DNA of 64,000 nt from Paragordius varius. Its lineage: Eukaryota > Animalia > Nematomorpha. The stretch covers positions 7,564,001 to 7,628,000 of the forward strand of contig OZ176055.1 in the NCBI GenBank assembly GCA_964247055.1, read 5' to 3'. Shown here piece by piece: positions 1-33,400 of the stretch. How positions within the stretch are numbered: position 1 is the stretch's first letter; every line of letters starts with the position of its first letter. The notes beneath the pieces were generated by a model. That model ran no database searches, was not told the DNA's origin, and saw nothing but the letters and a program-made list of their open reading frames with translations. Position numbers and translations under genes: made by a program.

Positions 1-14579
<14,579 letters not shown>

Positions 14580-15056
14580 ATTTCGTGTTGGTTAATATAT
14601 TTTAATATGATATTCCATTTTCAATTAGTAATAGATTGTATTAAATCTATTGCACTTTCATAATCATAGATTGGACATTAATTTTTATCATAAAATTCAA
14701 TTGATTAGCAACAGCCCTTCTACTTAATCATACATATAACACATGGTTTTTGGTTATAAAAAATATTATTTTTCAAAATCGATTTTTTTCCCAATTATTT
14801 TATATTCGCTAAGCACATCGGTGCAAAATATCAAATTTCATATATATTAATTAATTGTTTTATTTTTCATATCTATCAATTCCTTTTTTCCTGTCTTAAA
14901 ATACGTCATAAAAATATTTAAGTGGTTTTATTTTTATCTGATTGATTACATTCAAACGCTTAAACCACATGCTATTATAGTCAACATTTTATAAGAATTT
15001 CAATATTATTATATGTTTGATTAAAAAAATTTTCCTCACAAACTATCATATTTGGG
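14580..15056. promoter_or_regulatory. Probable bidirectional promoter between MAST and PRKX-like genes
   Basis: Only 477 bp separate the two divergent ATGs (14579 minus, 15057 plus). No specific cis-element could be identified. Confidence 0.55.
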
Positions 15057-19657
<4,601 letters not shown>

Positions 19658-20123
19658 CATTTGCAAAAAATTAAAATATCAATCACATCATATCATATCA
19701 TCATCAGATATAAAAACAAAATTGAATATACTATCTTTTTATGTGAGTGCATTTATTTCTTATTCATTTAGCGGTTTTTAACGAAAAAATGCGCATACAA
19801 TATAACTTTATGATAATTTCCTTTTCGCGCCCTATTATTTATTTTAACAGTTCTATTTCGCACAAAAAAAGAAATTAAAGCATTTTCCCTGTCAAAAAAT
19901 CTCTTAAAAACCGTCCTGAACCAAAATTATCACTATTTTTATTTTAATTTTACAGTAATTTTTGCAATTTCTTCTAGTCATATACATATATGTATAATCA
20001 GTGCAATCACTTCATTATTAATATGTGCCATGCAAAATATTATTTTATATGAGCAATAAATTTATATATTAACATTTTTAATTATTATTTAATGATTTTC
20101 TTGCGTTTAATATATATAAATTA

Positions 20124-22111
20124 CAAGCGTAAATCTCGGGCTGCTACGCATCCCGATGGGGCATTTTTTTGGCTTTATACGCGCGCACTCCTAATTAATT
20201 TATTATAATCACATAATTATGGCGAAAAATAGCCTCAAAAACATATTGTTGAGCGGGTTTAAGGGTATAAAGGCCCCCAGTACACCAAATTTAAACAATG
20301 TTAACAAAAAATATTTATTCAGCAATGATCTTAGTATAAACATAAGCAATTATTGGGTGAAACGTACAAAAAAGCTTTATTTTTGACATCGGGTATATAA
20401 TTAATAAAAAAGATGTGTTCTTATCTCACATTTGTAAAATTCCTATATATATATTAAAGCATAAACTGTGAATCAGTTGATCACTGTAATGAATGTCATT
20501 TGTCCTTATGGAATAGGAGTTATATATGTATAACACAAAATTGAAAAATCCTATTTAAAATAACGTTCCTATTTTCAGAGCGTAAAACTTAGCGACTCAT
20601 TAAAATAACCCACTATACTAAAATATTTGTTTTTTAAGGAATTATAAATATTTTAGGCCCTTATTGAACTCCCATAGTCATATAGGTTTGAAATTTGGCT
20701 CCAAAGGCATGCTGTATCGATATAATGACACAGTTTTACGCGGATAGTTCCCTAACCAAGGGCGAAACAAAAAATGCTCGATTAAATTTTTGCCTTAATT
20801 TGAATATTACCTGGAATCATAATTGATTCCATATGCTCTCGTGGGATTTTCGAAAAATTGCCTCAAAACCAAAAAGTCATTTTCTGGTGGCCCATTTTTA
20901 GGGCATAAAGGCCTCAAATTAACGGCTAAAAAAACGCCTGACCTTAATTTTTACCTAATTACGGGTAATATTTCAAGCTTCTTATGAGCTTATATAGCTT
21001 CATAAATTTTCTGTAAATTAACTCCAAAACAACGCAATTTTGATATAGTGGCGCAGCTTTTGGCGGGTAGCTCCTGACCCAGGGGCAGGTATAAAAAAAG
21101 CATTGGGCAAAATTTTAGCCTTTTTATCGGGATCTGGAATAATCATGGATTCCATATCATCCTATAAGTTTTTGGAAATATTGCCTCAAAACTAAAAAAT
21201 TCATCTATGGTGGCGCATTTTTCAGGGCATAAAGGGCCTAATTATGGGCTAATTTTAAAAAAACGCTTGACTTAAATTTTTGCATTTTTTCGTGTAATAT
21301 TTCAGGATTAAACTTATATGGCCTGATAATTTTTCTGAAAATTAACTTCTAAATCTGGCAATTACGATATGGGGACTCAGTTTTAGGCGAGTAGCTCTTT
21401 GCGTAGAGGCTGATACAAAAAAAGCGTTTAAAAATGTTTGCTTTTTTACGGAGAATACCTTTGAATCATAATTGATTCCATATGCTCTCATTAGTTTTTG
21501 GAAAAATTGCCCTCATTAGTTTTTAAATAATTGCCTCAAAACAGAAAAATCATTCTGTGGTGGCGCATTTTAGGGTGCGAAGAGCCTATTTAACGGCTGA
21601 TTTTAAAAAACCTCACATACTAATTTTTTGAATTGTTACGGGTAATAATTTAAGCATTTATTGAATTCATATGGCCTGATAGGTTTTCTGAAATTTAGCT
21701 CTAAGAGCGCGCTATTTCGATATGACGGGTAAGTTTTTAGGAGATATCTGTTTACCCAGCAGCCAATAAAAAAAACGCACGACTAAATTTGCCTTTTAAC
21801 AGGAACGGTCTCATACCTTGGACGAAAAATAGATTCAAAAAATCATTAAATTAAAAAAGCGAGCCGACTATGATCGGCACAATCGAAAAAGAGTAAAAAA
21901 ACTCATATTAGAAATCCAATGGTGCAATACGTTTTCCGGAAAATTGTCTCAAAAACACGATTTATCTTCTGTTTTAAAAAAACCGTTCGAAGCTTTTGTC
22001 AGGGCATTCATAAAAGATTATACTTTTTCAACATTTGGATTATAATGGGTCTACCGGTTTTCCGGAAACAGATCACAAAGCCAGCATTTTCCATTTTCAT
22101 AAATATATAGA
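20124..22111 (-). mobile_element. ~2-kb non-autonomous Helitron (longest family member in the window)
   Basis: 5' A|TCTATATATTTATGAAAATGG at 22111. 3' hairpin TCGGGATGC-GTA-GCAGCCCGA then CTTG|T at 20124 (CTAG variant). No Rep/helicase coding detected. Confidence 0.82.
20731..21790. repeat. Tandem ~325-bp units inside the Helitron
   Basis: Diverged units start at about 20731, 21054, 21378 and 21731 (partial). Shared motifs: GATTCCATAT, TTGCCTCAAAAC, GGTGGC(G/C)CATTTT, TAATATTTCA. Confidence 0.8.
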
Positions 22112-22239
22112 TTATTTAAAATACCATAAAAAGTGAAAAAATCAAACGCGTATCTTAAAAGGATACCAGATGTTGTCATAAGTTATTACCGGTTTTTTGG
22201 TAAAAAACTTGTTTTGAAAGGAAATTTATTTATTTTAAT

Positions 22240-23170
22240 TAAAATATTGATCGGCTCATACATTTTCGCCCTTTTCAATTCATTCAATTTTCAAACATTT
22301 TAAAAAATAAGGAAGTGCTGCTCTGCGAGAGGTGCCCATTGATGTAAAGTTGTGTTAGTCAGATGGCGCCATATCACAAGAGTTTAGCAGATGTGAAAGA
22401 ATTTCTTATGCGGTTTGAAGTGTCTTTCACTAATTTCGCTGTGTGAGACGGATTATTGTCATGTAAAAAAATAACTTTACCATGTCTTCTGGCCAATTCC
22501 GGTCGTTGATAAATGCATGGTATGAATTAATCATTTGTTAGCGATAGGATTGTGTATGAGGTTTTAAAAATTCAGAATGTAAAATATCGCTCTGCCCCAC
22601 TAGACCCAGAGCACGGTTTTCTTTCTGAAGAGATTTGGCATTGTTGTTGATGGACCAGCCTGGCTAGATACCCGTGATTTTTCTCTCTTTGGATTAACAA
22701 AATTAAGTCATTTCTCATCATCCCTCCCAATTTGGTAAAAATGATTTCTTTCCATGACGTTGAAAGCAGGATTTCATGATTCACTTTGCGATCGATTCGA
22801 AATTATTTCAAATTGTGACCCATTTACCAACTTTATTGGAATTCCCCATTGCTCGTAGACATCAGTCGATTGTTTTTAGTGATGCATGTAAAGCTAAATT
22901 TGAGTTGTGTTATTATCCTATAACTCTGCAATTAATTAGAGTTAAGTGGTATCAGACTATTCACTTCACATGAAATTATTTCAACACACGTGTTAACATG
23001 TGTGAACATATAGAGCATATTCATCGCATGTTTCTGCCAGCAAACAGTAACTTTCAACAGTTTTTTTCTTCATATGCAATGATTACTTAATGACAAAAAT
23101 AAGACGCTAGTTTATGCGCTCAAATTTTGTATGTTTGTCGTTTGTTCTCAGATAAAATGAGGTCTGCATT
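22240..23170 (-). pseudogene. Degenerate Mos1-like mariner transposase, second copy
   Basis: Minus-strand fragments: MKKKTVESYCLLAETCDEYAL, LRAMGNSNKVGKWV, DEK, NPKREKS..NLFRKKTVLWV*W, RHGKVIFLHDNNPSHTAKLVKDT (second D), APSD*HNFTSMG. Confidence 0.88.
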
Positions 23171-24419
23171 AAATTAATATGCCTACTTTTCGCTAAAACC
23201 TCTTTGTCATACCGGTTATAACTTTTGATTACACTTGGCATATTTTTCGAGGTTCATGTTAGGCAGTGCAAACTGAATGTCACAAAGAAATAGAACCATC
23301 GTCAAAACATAAAATTTACATCTCTGTAAGCATGTTTGAGATGTTTCATTTTTATAATCACTTATGAACGGTTGTGGAAAACCCTCTTACGCTAAAGCTT
23401 TCGCTAAAAATTAGACCGTAATTAAATTGAATTACCCGTTTTCCGAAACATCCTCAGAAGAGCTAAATTAACACACTTTTATTTATTTGTCATTGGGTTA
23501 ATTATTATAAATTCGGAACTCAAACTCGATTTCACCTACATATTTTTAGGGTGGTGCTCTCAGCTAATTCTAAAATTATTGTAAAATTAGGGCATTCACA
23601 AATGAAGCGCCTAAAATATGAAACGAATAAACCTTAATATTTAGGGCAAGTTTTTTAACATTGCCGGGGCTGAATACAGCTTTTTTGAAAGCAACCACTC
23701 TACCATCATCTGATTAAAATATGAAATGCATGGTAATTATCAAAAAGTACAATACGTTATTAGTAAAATTGCTTCATAAACACGATTTATGCACGCGTAC
23801 ATTTACATAAGGTTGGGTTAATCTCCGTTATATTTCCAACCTCGATTACGATTGACCACTTTTACGAAAAATGTCCATAATTTAATCGATCTATAAGCTA
23901 CATGGAAATTAAAAGACACGATTTTGTATATTGGACTGAATCATAGACTAATTCAATGACTTTATTACGAACGGCAAAATATTAAAAACATTTTGAACAT
24001 GCCAGCACGTTTTAAAAAAATTTAAAGTACTCGATTTCTTTAAGAAAATAAAATTATTTGAGTTTCCAATGCTCACAAAGTAATACCAAGATAAATAAAA
24101 TTTTTATACATACTTTATTTATATTACTATAATTCACAAAATAAAAGTGCATATTTTTAATGATTTAATAATGGCAGGGATGATATATCTGAGTATGGGT
24201 TAAAAAAACTTTGATTTCTACCTGCTAAATCGATTGCCGCTAAAAAATTAACTAAAAAAAACTAGAAAATGTATAAAATTATCCATAGGTATATGCATAT
24301 TAAAAATAAAAAAACTCTTTGCACTGTGTTGTGGCAATATTATAAACAATCTAAGAAAGGGTTTTCACAAAAAGTCCTAAACAGGGTAAGGATTGATGTA
24401 GTACATATTCACATTTATC

Positions 24420-24455
24420 ATATATATATATATATATATATAATATATATATATA
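24420..24455. repeat. (TA)n microsatellite
   Basis: Direct reading; lies immediately 3' of the papilin-like stop codon. Confidence 0.9.
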
Positions 24456-24462
24456 GAGAAAT

Positions 24463-27400
24463 TTAAAAAACAGGTATAAAGCGTTTAACTAATCGCTTAA
24501 ACCGATAATAATATTCGCTGTCACCACTAAGTTCTGGAAGGGGTGTCATTTGTCCAGGTGCTGGTGGAGCCATAAAGCCTTTATCAACACAGGTTTTACA
24601 ACAAAGATTTCGATAGTACTCATTTTTGCACAAACTAGGATCATTGATAGCACCACAACTTATGGCATCATTGTCTACGCAAGCTCCTGTAACGAAGGGG
24701 TATCCGGCTTCTTCGGAATCAACTCCACCTTAAAAAAGTAAATGGGGTATAAAAATAAAATTCCAAATAAAGGCTATAACTAACTTTTATTATCAATCTA
24801 GAAGCGTAAAACAGAAAGAGAATTAAAAAAGCAGATTTCATTTATTAGTTTGGTAAAATCAAGATACAGAATTTTCATTATCAATGTCAGCCTTGGAGAT
24901 TGTTAAAGCTTTTCCAGCAATAAATTTAAGTTCCTACCCCATCAACATAAAATGAGACTTATGTTTTATATCAAGTTAAGATATCAAAACCTCTAGCTCC
25001 ACCATCTGCCCCCCCGTACTCGTACCGCCCTTCACTTCCGCCTCGAACACCACCGCCTGCGAGGGGAGGCTGTACTGGTGTAACAGGTGTTACTTGCCCA
25101 TAGTCATCTCGACTTACGCCAATGACCTCGGTAACTGGACCTGCGTCATAGCGGGTTGGACCGAGGGCGTCGGTAGGAGGCAATCCCCCTTCTACGGCTG
25201 TCCCAAAATCAGATCCATCGCCTTCGATTCCGGGACGAGGAACAGGAGCCACTACACCTCCAGGTGGAACGACCTCATCTCGCCTATCACCGAGTCCAGC
25301 ATCGGCATCCTGAGTCCGACTAATACCCAGGTCTGTGTCTTCGCCCCCAAAGTCCGTGCTTCCTCCATCACTAATACTTTCAAGGTCGGCATCATCGTCA
25401 TGGAATTTTTCACCACCTATAATGGGTTTTAATTTATGTCAATTTTATATAATGGAAGTTTCGTAGTTAAAAGCATAAATTTTGAACAAAATGCGGAAAT
25501 TTTATATATGATTTCCAACATTCTATAATTTTTTAAGCCGCTCACTAAAAAACTAAATAATCACCACAAATCAATCATTTACTGAAAAATTAAGCGAAGC
25601 GTTGCAGGTGCGATTTCTGAGTGGGGGGACAGGGACATTTTGTATTTATTATAATTTTACGAAAAAAAGATGAATGGTTGCAAAAATAATTCAATACCTT
25701 CCATAATATTAACGCGAGTTTTGTCAGCAGCGGAAGCCAGGTTGTTAGAGGTTCGACATTCATATTCTCCAGCATCCCATTTGTTGGCCGCAGGTATAAA
25801 TAAAGTTCCATTTTCATAGATCTAAAAATATTTCGACATATGAACTTCAAAATTGCTAATTTCTTTAATCAAGCATTGTAAAATTTTACCTTGGTACGGG
25901 GATCATTTTCTGGAATCTGTGCTCCATCTTTAAACCATTGAACCTTTTCATAATTACCTGCACCAGCGCATTGTATCTTAATATTTTCACCCTTAAAGAA
26001 ATCATTTTTGCCACCAGGTCCAGCAGGGATTTTAGCGCCGACGGCATCTAGTTGAAAAAAATTCTAATTTCTTGCATTTGTCATTTTATTGGTAAAATAA
26101 ATCAAACTATTACATACCCTGAAGTTGGACGACAACTTCTCCACTTCCAGATTCACCGTCTTGATTGTTTACCAAACATTTGTACACTCCTTCATCTTCA
26201 GGCTTCACAGGGTCAATTACTAATGACATATTATCGAGTTGAGTGAATCGACTGTCATCCAAATCAACTTTATTGTCATCTTTAAGCCATAAAGCCTATA
26301 TTTAATATAGATTATAAATTAAAAGTACGCTTCTATAGAAAAATGGTAATTTATCAGCCTCTTTAGGATTTGCAAATATTCACATAATGTCAGTTTTTAA
26401 AATTTTGGAACCTATTCGAGCTAAGAAAGGATTTAAAGAAAATTGATATTACAATAGGATCCACAATATCCTGCATGGGGCAATCTATGACCAGACGACC
26501 GCCGAGAGCTCCTTGACCAATTGCGGAGGCTGCTGGTCTTGGAGTAACACCAGCTGCATCAGGAGATGGAGGTGGTCCCCCTAAAAAAATATATTTAATT
26601 TATAATTAAATCAATAAAATTTTTTTTGCTTAATATTATTTTAGTTATTCTCTATTTTTAGCGTTAAATTGTTATCTGTTCGTTATATTAAATTCTGGCC
26701 TATTCACATATTTTTGTTCCTCAATTGGTGATACAGTAACGTGGTTATAAAGCAAATTTTGTCCATAATTAAATAAAAAATAATGGAATTTCATCATTTT
26801 GTTGTTATTATCCGTACACTACTGTGCTGCCAATTGGACAATGCAAACATTAATATTCTTTGCAGAGTGAAATAAAATATAAATTTTCAATAAAACCAAA
26901 TAGTAGAATTGTGCCCCATGTACAAAAATATTTAACCTGGACCACCGGGTCCACCAGGTGCTCCGGGAGCCACGGGAACTCCGATTCCTCCAACAGGTGG
27001 AACGTAAGCACCTATAACAAAAGTATTCAAAGATTAATTTATGGAACAATAAATAATTAAAAGAGATGTCCACTGAAGTGACGGGATAATTAACCTAAGC
27101 AATATCCCTAATAAGTTTCAAATAAATGATCAAAATTACCGTCAACGCGAACTTTGATGTTTGAGAGTGCAGAAGGTCCGACGCCATTATCAGCGCGACA
27201 AATGTAATCGCCTGCATCGGCATTTGTAACTCCGTGGATTTTCAAACCACCACTCGGTAACTATAAATGGAAAAGTATTAATTTACCTACTGAAATATTT
27301 AGTCATCAAAATAATATTAAAATATACCATTTGCACACGTGAATCTGGTGTTATAAGGTTACGATCTTTGTACCAAACAATCCTTGGTTTAGGATTACCT

Positions 27401-30400
27401 TCTGTGGCACAAGGTAGCTCCAAATCATCCCCAGGCCTCGAAACAAATTCACCTGGAGCTGGTAGTATGGATGGTCCAACACCTCCTCCTGTATAAAAAT
27501 TTGATTATGTAAAATGATGTAAATTTTTGTTTTATCATTGTTTTATTTTTACATAGCTTATAACATAATTTCGATTTTAGGCGAGCCAAAATTCACAAAT
27601 AATATAAAAATATATTCATTATGACTTTTATATGCTTTTAAAATATTTTTTTCTTGTGTAAATTAAAACTGTCAGGAAATCGTAATGATTTTTTTAATTT
27701 TGCTATCAACATTATTATGTTCGCCCTCATTTTTCAAATTTATTCATATTTTTCATTTTTTATATTAATCATAATTTTTAATAATTACTTAACATCTTCT
27801 TAAAATACGACCTTTGCGCCGTTTTCCTTCAATAGTTACCATATCATCAAAGAATGAATTGAAAATGGAACATATATACGTTCAAAAAAACCAGAGCGTC
27901 AATTAATTGTTTCAAAATCTCGCGATAATAAACTGTGTTATAATGGCATTTCAGTATGATTAATTTTGGGAAAACATTTGGACAAATGGCCAATTTAGAA
28001 ATGCTAGAATCGGACTAGCTTTGATTGAAACCATGAAACTAATGATGCCGTCGGCAAACAATTAATCTCTTAGCCTTTTCCGAAAATAATCTGCCGACTT
28101 ATTGGAAATGTATTAGATACAATCAGCTTTTTTGTTTATTTAAATATATCCTTTTAATTTTGACAAAAACCCAACCAAAAACTGTGAACATATCGTTACC
28201 GGCAATTTTTTAATGATAAATTCTGTTAACAACATAACTAATTACTATAAAAGAAGATGCAAAATATCAGCATAAATATATCTGCCAATTTGAGTAAATA
28301 CCCCTAAAAATGACTAAACATTGTAAAAATACTAATCAGTGATGATATTACATTGGATAAATAAAAGATAGAAGGAATCAGTAAGTTACCTGGGGCTTGA
28401 GCGCCTGGCTGCTGTTGAGGATATGAAGGTCTTCGGCCCGCAGCGGCCGCGGCGGCGGCAGCAGCTGCTGCAGCTCCACCAGCTGCTATTGCACCAGCTG
28501 TTTGTGATCCTGGTTGACCGGGCTGACCGGGTTGGCCTGGGTAACCAGGACCTCCTAATAAAATTTATTCACATGTAAAAGAACAAATTAATTGATGCAA
28601 CTATGCGTGAGATAAACCAATGTTATTCTACTTAGTCATTATTCGTGTTATTAAATTTAAACAGAAAAAAAGAATGAGCAAGTAGAAAAAGGTTTTTCAT
28701 TAAAAGAGCTTTTATATAATTTTACCTGGATATCCTGGTGGGTATCCAGCTCTTTGAGCTTCTTGTTGTCTTCGCAACTGCTCCTCATATCCCGGAGGAT
28801 ATGGAGCTCCGGGCCTAGGGGGACTCGGGGGATATCCCGGCTGACCAGGGTATCCTGGTTGGCCAGGTTGTCCAGGGTAACCTGGTTGGCCAGGTTGTCC
28901 AGGGTAACCTGGATAAGCTGCTCCATAAGTTGGTTCCTGACCGGCTCGCAATTGTTGTTCTTGTATCTGCTGAGGAGTTAAAGGTCGTCCATCTGGCCCG
29001 ATGCTAGGTCGACGCCCTGGTTGCCCAGGAGCGCCAGGTTGTCCAGGGTAAGCTAAAATATAAAAATTGGTTTTAAATGCAATTTCCAAGTAAATTTTAA
29101 CTTTGCTTTTGCAGCACTATAAGAAATAATATGAGCAATTTATAAACACTACGAACAATAAACAAACCTGCTCCCGGTTGACCAAGGGCTCCAGGATAGC
29201 CTCCTATAATAGTTTCATACATACAAAATATATTTATTATATGGAATACAAATATATTTAATAAAATAATTGAATTTTGAATAATAAAGACCTGGTTGTC
29301 CAGGAGCGCCAGGTCTCCCAGGTGCTGCTCCTGGGTATCCGGGTTGTCCAAAACCTAGGTATCAACATGCGTAAAATTGCTTTGTTTTTATAATATATGC
29401 TGCTATCTTATTAAACAATTTATACAAATATCAAATCTATATCTTTTGGTGTTTTTTTAATATAATAGACGAAATTTTCTATGATTTGACAGAATAAAAA
29501 ATCGATTACGTAAAAATAATTACCTTGAGCATAACCAGGCATAATTATGGGTGGTTGCCCAGGTGCTCCGGGTTGTCCGGGTGCTCCAGGTTGACCTGGG
29601 GTTCCTGGTTGTCCAGGATAACCTATTTAAAAATAAAAAATGATAAAATTATTTTGTTATCTCTATTAAAAACTGTAAAAATAAACTTATAAAACATATA
29701 AAAGCGAGAATAAGCATAAAATCATCATTATATTTTATTTAAAACTTTACAAAATAATTTTAAAAAAATCCATAAATTGAATTTGAGGAATTTAAAAAAA
29801 GGATATTTATACAGGTTCTTTTCAAGTGGTTACGATTTTTAGATAAAAAAATACTAAAAACGTTGGCTAATAAATAACCTTACTAGAACATATTTTTTAG
29901 ATAAGTAGGTAGATCAGTATTTAATTTTTTCTATTGTTTTATTTATTAAACCACAGGAAGTAAATTAAAGTATGAAAAGATATTTTTATAGGATATGGGG
30001 TAGTTAAGTATAAATAAAAAGTTGTTTATAATTGTTTTTTCTAAACCATATCCAGGTCTTGGTCCACCAGGTCCTCCAGGGCCTCCGGGTCCACCAGGTT
30101 GTCCTGGAGCGCCAGCCTGACCAGGGTAACCTATATTCAAAAAATAAATTAATGCATATTTTGATCAAAATCTAATTACGTGGGCGACAAAATAGATTTT
30201 ATCTAATACAATGGTATAAATAGTAAATATAATAATTAGTATATTACCATATGCCGGTGGACCGCCAGGACCGCCGGGCCCACCAGGGCCTCCGGGGGCG
30301 CCAGGTTGTCCAGGAGCACCAGCCTGTGCGTAACCTATAAAAAATAAAGCATCTCCATTTAAAATCGAATTATTAGTATAAGGTTAATAAAATAGGAAAT

Positions 30401-33400
30401 AGTTTACAACAAACAAATAAGAATTAAGCTTATAATGATTGATAACTAGTTTATTACCATATGCCGGTGGACCGCCAGGCCCACCAGGAGCTCCAGGTTG
30501 TCCAGGAGCTCCAGCTTGTCCGGCGTAAGCTGCAAAAAAACATATATATATTTATATTTTATGAGGCTTAATTCAAAATTCTAATCTAGATAGCGTTACC
30601 ATATGGTGTAAAAGTTTAGTATCTTTTGGCTTTATGCAAATTATATATAGTAAAAACAAAAGTGATAAGCTCTCTAATATAGACTGCGTCCAAAATCAGT
30701 GGGTTTAAAAAATAACCTGATGAATGTATCAAGATTAGGGTGCTTTGGGTTTTGGTCCTTACGAGTCATTTCAAAAAAGTAATATACACATTTGTGATAA
30801 TAAGTGCTCCATATCAGAAAAATGCAAAATTCGCGCACATTGTTTTAAATAAAATTTTTTGGTGAAAGCTTGAAAACTTCATTCCAAAAAACTTTCACTA
30901 AAACATACATGTAAAAAACAAAGCAATATAATTATTTTACTCTTCTAAGATGGGCTGGTCCTCTAAAATTAGATACAATGCCGGGATGCAAGTTATGATA
31001 TCAAATAAGAATATATTTTTAATAATGCATACTTTTCTAAAAAATAATTTTTATCTAATATTTATGTGTACTTCATACTATTTTGAGTCATGATACAAAC
31101 GGTTTAAAAAACGGTTTATTATAAAAACACTTTTTTTCTATAATTCGATGCTGAACATTTTTATCACCTCAGAATTTTGAAATTGTATAAATTTTATTAA
31201 ATAAATTCAAAATTTTTATACAAACAAAAGTTTAACTAAATATTCTGAGGCGATAGAAATGTTTAGCATTATCGTATAAAAAAAGGTTTCAATATTTTAG
31301 CGTTTTAAACCTTTCCATCATGACTCCAAATAGTATAAAGCACGATCCAACAATTTTGTTAAATATTTGATTTTTAAAAAAGTGTGCATCTTTAAAAAAA
31401 ATTAGTTGATAATAAAATTTAGCATATATTTAAAATTCTTAGCGCAAAATCCCGGCATTTTTGCGTTTATTTTAAGAAAACTAGCCTATTTTAAAAGAGA
31501 AAAAAAAATTTGGGACTTTCGGAGGCCACATCCAAAATTTTTTTTTGAAAAATTACTTTTTATATGTAGTACATGATATAATTTAGTGATATTATTAAAA
31601 ATGAAGCATTTAGCTTTCCCCCAAAAAAATATTTCAAAAAACATTTTCTCATATGAAGCACTTGCCAATTTCTCGTAAGGGCCAAAACTAAAAGCACCAT
31701 AATATCCTGAATTTTCCTAGCATAATATATATATTTCATCAGTTTATATTTCTTGTTGACACTGTGTATATGGATTTGAAAAATATGCACAAAATGATGA
31801 TTATTTAAAAAAATATTAAAGAATAAATTCAAAATTTTTGTGAGATAGACAAGGAATTATTAAAATTGGTTGACATATTTTAATTAATAAGCTAAGCTAA
31901 CTATTCTAATTGAGCTAATATTGAGTCTCCTGCGATATTTCAAGAATACCTGCGAATAAATTTAAAAATTATTTCTGTTAAGATGAATGTACAGTGGTAT
32001 TTATATTATTTACGATTTAAAATATTTAAAAAATCAAAGTAAAAAACCCTTTCAGACAAAGCCATATTTAATTTATAATACCATAGTAAAAAACTAATAG
32101 CCAAATAAAATAACCGGAAACGCAACACTCCCAAATTATCATTGGAAAATTAATAAATCTATATTTTGCATTAGAACTTTATTTTTTATGACAAAAATAA
32201 TTTTTATTTGGTTAATAAATATAATTAGTACAGTACACCATTTTTAGTATCGTTTCAAAATTTTCATTTGCTCTTTTCAAGAGTTTTGTAATGACAAAAA
32301 TAAATACCATATCCTGGTCTGGCAGGTGGTCCACCAGGTCCTCCAGGCCCTCCGGGTCCGCCAGGTTGTCCGAAGGCTCCCGGAGTTCCAGGGACTCCTG
32401 GTTGTCCAGGGTAGCCTAATAGATATCAAATGAACAATAATGTTTATTATTTTATAGAGCAATATAATATTAATAATTAAACATTCGGGTATGATAATTA
32501 CATAGCCATTGAGAAAATTATCACTTGGATGCAAAACATTAATTTCAGTCCTTCGATTCAAATTGGGGTCGTTAGATACCCCAAGGGTTGTTTAAAATTA
32601 AATATTCAAAAAATATGGAAGTAATTGAAACCATGGCTAAATTTTGCACTTTTATAACATTAATGAATCGAAATATAAAAATTTATTCAATACTTGGAAT
32701 TATACTTATTCAGAGGTAAAACCCAAAAGTAAAAATTTAGCCAACATGAATGACATGCGTGCATAAGCTAAATATATCATTTGCACTTCAAGAGTGTTCT
32801 TGAACATTTCAAGTTGGACTTTGAACAATTCAAGTTGGTCCTTGAACAGTTCAAGTTGGTCCTTGAACAATTCAAGTTGGTCCTTTATTGTAAAATAAAA
32901 ATGGCGTCAAAGTAGTTTGATGCGGAACTTTTTTAACTAATTTTATTTAGGTATTTTGGTTTAATTATATAATTTTTATCAGGATAGAAGCATAAATTTA
33001 AATAACCGTTTCTTTCAGTAGTTTTTAAAAAATATCAACCTGAATGTTTTCTGGGGTATTTAGATACTCCAATTCAAATCGAAATAAAAAAAAGAGCCCC
33101 TTATCTATTATCTTAAGCAATAATTAAATTAATATTACAATTGAATTTTTGCACTTCAAGAGTTTCCTTGCACACTTCTCGTTGGTCCTTGACAATTTCA
33201 AATTGGCCCTTAAAAACTTTAAGTTAGCTCTTAAAAACTTCTCCAAGTTGGTGTTTAATAAGTTTAAATTTAACCATAATTTTTGCATGTATTTTATTTT
33301 ATTATTTTTTAACCTAGTTTTCTTATAATATATATATATTCATTTAAAATAATATTTTTTTATTCAAAAACCACTTTTGTTCAAACTAATTTTTTCTAAT

